Virus record (IMG/VR): IMGVR_UViG_3300031857_000054 | Span: 32,001 to 96,000 of that record | Source: a virus | DNA length: 64,000 bases | Direction: 5' to 3' (one strand) | Part shown: in pieces, positions 57,707 to 64,000 of the stretch | Position numbering within the stretch: position 1 is the first letter of the stretch | Layout: the number at the start of each line of letters is the position of its first letter | Program-made: the position numbers and the translations under genes | Notes under the pieces: generated by a model | The model's input: the letters and a program-made list of their open reading frames with translations, nothing else | What the model was told of the DNA's origin: nothing | Databases searched by the model: none

Positions 57707-60700
57707 ATGAACGCTTGTAGCATAAAAGGAACGCCCTACGAAGAAGAGTACAGACAGTTTATGTCTGAGGGTCGAATGATATTTGCATGGAATAAAAACA
57801 ATGAACAGCCTCTAGATAAAATAAAAGTAGGTAATGAAGTTGTAGAAAATCCATTGTACACCGAGTTGATGGCTCATCCTATTACACAAGGTAATAGGAC
57901 AGAGGCATTAAAAATCATTGCCGAGACATTTCAAAGCGACTTTACAAGTAAGTATACTCCAGGAGATAATGGACAGTTTTCTTTAGTTCAAGTTATAGAT
58001 TACCTACAGCAAAAACAAAAGAGAATTGAGGATGCTTTAGCTCAGAAGATACAGAGTGTAAACGTAACTACAAGTAAAAGTATTAACTTCTATGAGGCTC
58101 AGATTAACGGAACCCCGACAGAGATTCACTTTAGTGATGCTGAAGGACAAGAAATCTTTGAAACCTTTGAGTACATGCTTGGTGAGTATGGTAGTTGGGC
58201 TGAAGTACAACAACAGTTATTAAGTCATAAGAATAACCTAATCTCTAAGATTGATCCCAACAACGCTACTAGTATAGACATTAAACAACTAAAGGCATTG
58301 GTAGAGATATCAGAAAACTTTGAGTTGTTTAGAGATTGGTATGAGGACCAAGAAGGTGTAGTAGGTATAGAAGAACTCGAAGCTGAATTAGGAGAGAGTC
58401 AAGACTGGAAGACTAAAGAGAAGTCACAGAAAGAAAGAGCAAGTAAAAGAATCCTTGCACTAGTAACTTCACTGCCGTCTTATAGAAAAGCAAGTGTAGG
58501 AGAATACAACTTTGCTGAGGAGAGACCATACAAAAGTGATGAGAAGGTAATAATCCAAGGAACATTACTAGGTTTACCTAAGTCTGGTGACTTCCAAAAG
58601 AACTGGAACTTGTTGAGTACAGCTTTATCGGGAATTACCGATTATACAAAACAATATGATGAGATTGCAATCTTAGCAAAAACTCATCCTCAGTTTAACA
58701 ATCTACTAAAAAAGATTCCTAACCCACGTGTAGCAAACAGTACAAAGACAATCAAACAAATTATGTTTGCTATGGGACTAAAGAGAATCTTTAGTAACCC
58801 AGAAACAATAGCTGTATCCCTTGACGTAAGTAAGAAAGGTAACTCTGTGTTTGTTACCCAACAGATAAAAGGATTCAGAAACATCAAGAACCTATTCAAT
58901 CAATTAGACAAAAACTACTTTGCGTATAACAAAGACTACGCAATGGTGGGAGATACTGGTACAGAGTTTAACGTAGATAAATTTGTCTCTGACTTTTCAA
59001 ATCTGTTTTCTAATGATGTAGCTAAAGCTGCACTCATGATGAAGGATGTAAAGAAGAAGAAAGAACTTATCAAAGGTTTGTTTACTGGTCCTAATAAAAG
59101 TTACTACATCAATGAGTTTACTAAGTTGTTAAATGCACTAGGAGTAGGGTTATCTAATAAAGAGTATTTACTGCCTTCTAACATTGGTACAACAACTGAA
59201 ATGTATGCTGAGTACTTTGCAAGTTTCTCAAACATCTTTGCTAAGTTAAGACTAACTGCTCAAATCAATAGTGAACTTTTAAAGAACAGTAGACCTACAA
59301 TCAGTATTAAAGGTCCTTTGGCTTACATAGCAAATGCTGATGCGGCTGTTTTTCCTGATGGAAAGAACCCTTCTGAGGATGTTAAAGCGGCAGCACAACA
59401 ACTTGTTTCTGATAGAAAAACTCCATTCAAGATAGAAGGAGTATTTGGTTTCCTACAGAAGAAGCAATCAGAATTAACAAGACTCGTAGAGTACATTAGT
59501 TCTTATGATATAGAACTTCGTCCTAGTTCTTACTTGACTGCAGAAGACAAAAAGAAGTTTATAAGAGGCCCATGGTTTTACTTGACTCAAAACACAAAAG
59601 CTGTTAATGAGGCTAGTAACTATGAAGAGTTAATTACAACTCCAGGTTTTGAAAGATTTGACTACCGCAAGAATCCAGATATTCTTGGATCTGTTTGGTT
59701 GACTCGTCTATTTGGTTTACCTAAAACTGTTAGAGAGATTGAAAGTCGTCCCCTCAATAGTTATAAAAAACAAGAGAAGTTTGGACTTCCTGTAAACCTT
59801 GAAATTAGAGACTTCAATGGTATAGAGTTCAAGAACATGGGAGAAAAGGTAGGTAAAACTACCACTAACCTACATCCTGGTGATAAAGTTATGCAGGACT
59901 TTATGAGTTTCTTTCAAAGCACAGAGATGGAGAACATCCGTTTTGGAGACAAGTCAAGTTCATTTAGCATTTACTTCAGTAACCCTGTACTTGGAGAGAA
60001 GATATATGTCCCTATCTCTACTAGTAGATTAGAAGGAAAGCCTGATGGTGACGCAGAGATAAGTGCTAAGCAGCAATTCCTAGATACAATGACAGGGTAT
60101 TTGCAATCTGAGTTCACTAGAGTTTTGGATTTGATTAGTAACCCTCAGTCAGCAAATACTACCTATCAGAAGTACGGTAAGAACCTATTTATCTTCGGAG
60201 AGATTCTACCTGATATAGCAGACAAAGTAAAAAATGCAGAGACAAGAGAGCAACTAGTTAGTTTGTACGAACTTGCTGTACAATCACTTCCTGCAGCTTT
60301 AGATAACTATTTTAAGAAAGAAGCAAGTAATCTTGTACGTACTATGGTTAAGACTATGTCTTTGCCTATAGACAGACAATCTAGACCTACTGATGAAAGA
60401 ACTAGATTGTTGAGTACAGTTGCATCTTTGAATAAGTTAAAGTTTGTTAACAGCCAGTTACTTCCAAAAGGCTATGACTTAAAAGTAACTGCAAATAACC
60501 TACAGTATCTTGCTGAGTTGTACATAAAGAATGGATTCATCAACAACGTAGAGTTTATGAAATTCTTTGTAGGTGACTTAGCAAACTTCAATAAGACAGA
60601 CAAAGATGCTCGTGAGGTATTTAAACGTATTCCTTTTACTTCTTCTCCTGGAACTCCTCCATATTGGGATAGCGCTTTACAAGAATTTTTCAAAGAAGAT

Positions 60701-63700
60701 GCTAACCAAGATTCTTTAAGTAGAATCTACACAGGCACATCACACGCATTTAGTCCTATTGTAAGAACTGTAGTATACAACGATATACTTACGTTTGAGG
60801 CAGACGAGTTTGAGAAGTATAAAGAAGTCTATAACAGTGGTCTATGGGATTCTCTTTCAGAGAACGAACGTTACGAGTATGATGCATACGTAAACAAAAG
60901 TGACGAAGAGGCAAATGCTCAAGGTGTAGTTACTTTAGATTTCTACAGAAACTATCTTATTTCTATTGAAGGTTGGAGTGACGCACAAGAAAAGTCATTC
61001 AATGACCAAGTAAGGATAGCTCAGATTACCCAAGACCTAAAGAACAATCCTGCTAACGCACAAGACTTAATAGAAGAGCGTAGAGGACTTATTGAAAAGA
61101 CAGGTAACGTACCATTCCCTCCTCTTAAGTTGGGACACTATGGACCTATAGTAGAAGATCCAAAGTTGAATGCTTTACACAAGTATTCTTTGGTTCCACT
61201 AATACCGAGTGCAATCATTGGCAAACAACTTGAAAAACAGTTAGAGTTAATGTATCAGAACAGAGTTGACTATTATACTTTTAAATCTGGTTCTAAGATG
61301 GCTAACTACGGAGAGATGTTAGATTTCTACAAAGTAGCTGAAGATGCTGATGGCAATCAAATGAAAGTAATGAATGATGCTCTTTCTGATAGGAACGTAA
61401 CATCTATTCACTTACATAACCTAAGACAGCAGCAGTACCAAGCACCTAAGTTTAAAGGAGAAAGTACTCTATCAACTCAGATGATGAAGTTGGTATTTGG
61501 AGATTTCTATGAGTTTGGTGAACTCTCTACTGATTTTACAGAACCTACTAGACAGTATGTAAGTAGTTTGTACGATAGGTTTAAGACTTCGTTGAACGAC
61601 TTAGTTAAGTTTGAGCAAGTACGTCTAGAAAGAAAACTAGGAGTAACTAGAAACGCTGAAGGTAAGATAGAAAACATCAATCAACTTCAGTTGGCAAACT
61701 ACCTTGCAAAAGAGTTTGAAAAGAAAGAAGTATCAGAATCACTTCGTAAGTATATCCAGGTAGATGATAAAGGTAACTTTAAGTACCCACTAGACGCTAT
61801 CAATGACAGAAGTCAGATAGAATCTATGTTGTTGAATCTAATCAACAGCAAAGTTATTAGTCAAAAAATCTTTGGAGAAAGTTATATTCAGATTGCAGGT
61901 TCTGGATTTGAAGCATCACGTTTTGCTAAACCTACTAAAGAACAGTTAGAGAAGTATGGTGCAAACGACTTACAGTTCTACAGAGTAGATCCTGTTACAG
62001 GTGAGACTCTTCCTATGGAAGTAAGAGTAGGATTCAATCCTGAGAAACATAGCGGTTTACTTAAACTTATGTATAAGGAAAAACCAGTGGGTACTCTTGA
62101 GAATCTAAATGAGATTCTTAAGTCAGACAATCCATTGGCTCTTAAGTTTAAGGAGAAGTACAAAGAGCAGTTGACTATGGTTGGAGTACGTATTCCTGTA
62201 CAAGGATTCCAATCAATGGAACATGTAATTGTAAAAGAGTTTCTTCCAGAGTCTGCAGGTGCAATTATGATTCTTCCTGCACAGATTGTAGTTAAATCAG
62301 GGGGTGACTATGACATTGACAAACTTACTTTCTTTGAAACAGCGTATGACGAAAATGGTAACGTTATCGATAAAGCATTTGACTTAAAAGACTACGAGAG
62401 TAAGTTAGCTGAGCAGAGAGAACTTAAGAAAGAGAAACAACGTTTGTTAGGAATCCTTAAAGTAATCAAGGATGAGATGAACGAGAACGAGGCGTATGCT
62501 CAAAGAGAAGACTTAAAGAAAGAGTTAAAGAAGTTAGACGCTGAAGTAAAAAAATCACTAAAGAATCTTAACGGCCTACTAAATAGAGAAGAGTTCACAA
62601 AAGAAGACAAAGAAAAAGGACTCGACGAATTATCTGAAAGTAAGTATGCTTTAATGAGAGCAGTAGCTGACTTAAGGTCATTTGATGGGAAGAACGATAC
62701 TAAAGCCTTAAATGTAATGTCTGCTCTTAGAAAGGACTTAGCAGAAGTTAATAAGAAGATTAATCAAGTAGACGATTATAAAAAAGGCATAACTAACAAC
62801 CTAGTACAAACTCTAAAAGAAGTATTGTCTATTGGTGAATTGTATGACCACTTAGTAGTTCCTAACAATAATAACATCCTTACCCAGTACACAGGTAAGA
62901 GTAGACCGATTAGCACCACTCAGGTGTTTAATCCTATGACCTCTTGGAGAATCTACGCAGAGAACATCTTGTCTAAAGATGCTTTGGGTATCGATGCTAA
63001 GATTAACACTATGCAAAAGGAGTTTCAAAGAGCTAATCTTAAGTTCAACAGTAAACTCCTCAATGCCTACTATTTTCCATCAAACAAAGATGCTGAAGGT
63101 AACATACAACTAGGAGGCAAGAAAGACCAAGCAGGTAATCGTATATCTAAAATCCTAAGTGAGTTTATCAATGGTCACGTAGATATTGCAAAAGAAGATT
63201 GGATTATTCTTTTGGGTATGAACCAAGAGACAAGTCCTCTAGCGCATGCTATGATTCTTGCAGGTACTCCTGTAAAAACAGTTATTGACTTTATTAAGTC
63301 TAAGCCAATACAATTGATATTGGAGTTATCTAATCGTCCTGTAATCAACCAGAAACTAGACAAGGCATACTTTAGCAAGAACTCTGCTATTGTTTCTCTA
63401 ATAAAAAGTATAGCATACGAGATTACAGATCCAGATATTTCTAAAGAACTACAGTTAATAGCTAAGAATCAGACTGACAATCGAGTAAAAGGAAAGAAAG
63501 CATTAGGACAATACATTGAAACGTTGTTAAGTAATCCTAAGATAAACAAGTACTTAACTAATTTCAATCCAGAAGTAACACTAGTACCTGAAGAAACAGC
63601 CTTAAGAGACTTAGCTTACTATCTTCAGTTTGGTGTAGTTGTAGCACAACAAGAAAGTCTAAGAGAACTTACCAGTTTAGCTGATTTTAACACAGCCAAC

Positions 63701-64000
63701 TACAGAACTACTTTCCAAAGTGTAGAATTGTTGGACAAACAAAGCACATTGAAGAGTGCATTTAATGGAGAGGCAATTGACTTTATGTTTAAAGACTCTG
63801 CCTTGGCACAGTTTAACGTAGGTTCTTTCACTTTAGATTTGATGAGTGAGACTTTTCCTCTTTCTGACTCTAAAGAAGTACATGCTCAATTGAATAAGAT
63901 GCTTGAGTTCTCCGAGTTAGTTTCTGAGGACGAAAGAAGAGAAGCAATTACTCAGTACAAAAACAACCTACTGTACACTCACGTGGCTATGAATGCTAAG
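57707..64000 (+). CDS. Virion-associated DNA-dependent RNA polymerase (phi14:2 gp66-like), truncated by window end
   Basis: ATG at 57707 (MNACSIKG...); in-frame GVRIPVQG and catalytic GGDYDIDKL (DYDID at 62306-62320); no stop seen before 64000 (at least 2098 codons); absent from the ORF track. Confidence 0.88.
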   Translation, partial: MNACSIKGTPYEEEYRQFMSEGRMIFAWNKNNEQPLDKIKVGNEVVENPLYTELMAHPITQGNRTEALKIIAETFQSDFTSKYTPGDNGQFSLVQVIDYLQQKQKRIEDALAQKIQSVNVTTSKSINFYEAQINGTPTEIHFSDAEGQEIFETFEYMLGEYGSWAEVQQQLLSHKNNLISKIDPNNATSIDIKQLKALVEISENFELFRDWYEDQEGVVGIEELEAELGESQDWKTKEKSQKERASKRILALVTSLPSYRKASVGEYNFAEERPYKSDEKVIIQGTLLGLPKSGDFQKNWNLLSTALSGITDYTKQYDEIAILAKTHPQFNNLLKKIPNPRVANSTKTIKQIMFAMGLKRIFSNPETIAVSLDVSKKGNSVFVTQQIKGFRNIKNLFNQLDKNYFAYNKDYAMVGDTGTEFNVDKFVSDFSNLFSNDVAKAALMMKDVKKKKELIKGLFTGPNKSYYINEFTKLLNALGVGLSNKEYLLPSNIGTTTEMYAEYFASFSNIFAKLRLTAQINSELLKNSRPTISIKGPLAYIANADAAVFPDGKNPSEDVKAAAQQLVSDRKTPFKIEGVFGFLQKKQSELTRLVEYISSYDIELRPSSYLTAEDKKKFIRGPWFYLTQNTKAVNEASNYEELITTPGFERFDYRKNPDILGSVWLTRLFGLPKTVREIESRPLNSYKKQEKFGLPVNLEIRDFNGIEFKNMGEKVGKTTTNLHPGDKVMQDFMSFFQSTEMENIRFGDKSSSFSIYFSNPVLGEKIYVPISTSRLEGKPDGDAEISAKQQFLDTMTGYLQSEFTRVLDLISNPQSANTTYQKYGKNLFIFGEILPDIADKVKNAETREQLVSLYELAVQSLPAALDNYFKKEASNLVRTMVKTMSLPIDRQSRPTDERTRLLSTVASLNKLKFVNSQLLPKGYDLKVTANNLQYLAELYIKNGFINNVEFMKFFVGDLANFNKTDKDAREVFKRIPFTSSPGTPPYWDSALQEFFKEDANQDSLSRIYTGTSHAFSPIVRTVVYNDILTFEADEFEKYKEVYNSGLWDSLSENERYEYDAYVNKSDEEANAQGVVTLDFYRNYLISIEGWSDAQEKSFNDQVRIAQITQDLKNNPANAQDLIEERRGLIEKTGNVPFPPLKLGHYGPIVEDPKLNALHKYSLVPLIPSAIIGKQLEKQLELMYQNRVDYYTFKSGSKMANYGEMLDFYKVAEDADGNQMKVMNDALSDRNVTSIHLHNLRQQQYQAPKFKGESTLSTQMMKLVFGDFYEFGELSTDFTEPTRQYVSSLYDRFKTSLNDLVKFEQVRLERKLGVTRNAEGKIENINQLQLANYLAKEFEKKEVSESLRKYIQVDDKGNFKYPLDAINDRSQIESMLLNLINSKVISQKIFGESYIQIAGSGFEASRFAKPTKEQLEKYGANDLQFYRVDPVTGETLPMEVRVGFNPEKHSGLLKLMYKEKPVGTLENLNEILKSDNPLALKFKEKYKEQLTMVGVRIPVQGFQSMEHVIVKEFLPESAGAIMILPAQIVVKSGGDYDIDKLTFFETAYDENGNVIDKAFDLKDYESKLAEQRELKKEKQRLLGILKVIKDEMNENEAYAQREDLKKELKKLDAEVKKSLKNLNGLLNREEFTKEDKEKGLDELSESKYALMRAVADLRSFDGKNDTKALNVMSALRKDLAEVNKKINQVDDYKKGITNNLVQTLKEVLSIGELYDHLVVPNNNNILTQYTGKSRPISTTQVFNPMTSWRIYAENILSKDALGIDAKINTMQKEFQRANLKFNSKLLNAYYFPSNKDAEGNIQLGGKKDQAGNRISKILSEFINGHVDIAKEDWIILLGMNQETSPLAHAMILAGTPVKTVIDFIKSKPIQLILELSNRPVINQKLDKAYFSKNSAIVSLIKSIAYEITDPDISKELQLIAKNQTDNRVKGKKALGQYIETLLSNPKINKYLTNFNPEVTLVPEETALRDLAYYLQFGVVVAQQESLRELTSLADFNTANYRTTFQSVELLDKQSTLKSAFNGEAIDFMFKDSALAQFNVGSFTLDLMSETFPLSDSKEVHAQLNKMLEFSELVSEDERREAITQYKNNLLYTHVAMNAK

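Noticed and set aside
5592-63378. Minus-strand ORFs inside the structural region (e.g. 15445-15882, 26808-27545, 48640-49056)
   Set aside because: Antisense shadows of long plus-strand genes with no independent signals.
1-64000. Stop-codon reassignment as in some crAss-like lineages
   Set aside because: Long genes are intact in the standard code and TAA, TAG and TGA all end genes.
1-64000. tRNA genes
   Set aside because: No cloverleaf or T-loop signature noticed by eye; tRNAscan-SE would be needed to exclude them.

Overview
A 64-kb segment of a crAss-like (Crassvirales-type) phage genome with a Bacteroidota host, read in the standard genetic code. (1) 1-3.9 kb, minus strand: small 'early-type' genes built as near-identical cassettes. 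Each has a 16-nt pyrimidine motif (13 copies), often fused to a terminator hairpin; a second 24-bp motif occurs 4 times, and three cassettes appear non-coding. (2) 5.0-10.5 kb: tail fibre/spike genes. (3) 10.6-18.3 kb: putative holin and endolysin, followed in the same operon by an eight-gene host-envelope module: a secreted HExxH protein, a cohesin/dockerin protein with a type IX secretion CTD, two membrane proteins, a CsgG-like lipoprotein, a putative beta-barrel, a dockerin-like paralog with an inserted domain and a small secreted partner. This is the most unusual system in the window. (4) 18.4-42.3 kb: the crAss-like morphogenesis block (terminase, portal, capsid, ring/tail, muzzle). (5) 42.3-64 kb: cargo/ejection proteins with repeated xxxGG motifs, a giant protein with a PD-(D/E)xK domain, and the virion RNA polymerase (DYDID motif, runs off the window and is missing from the ORF track). 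Six Bacteroidota TTG-N19/20-TAnnTTTG promoters precede the plus-strand operons. All product calls come from motif and synteny recognition by eye; no searches were run.
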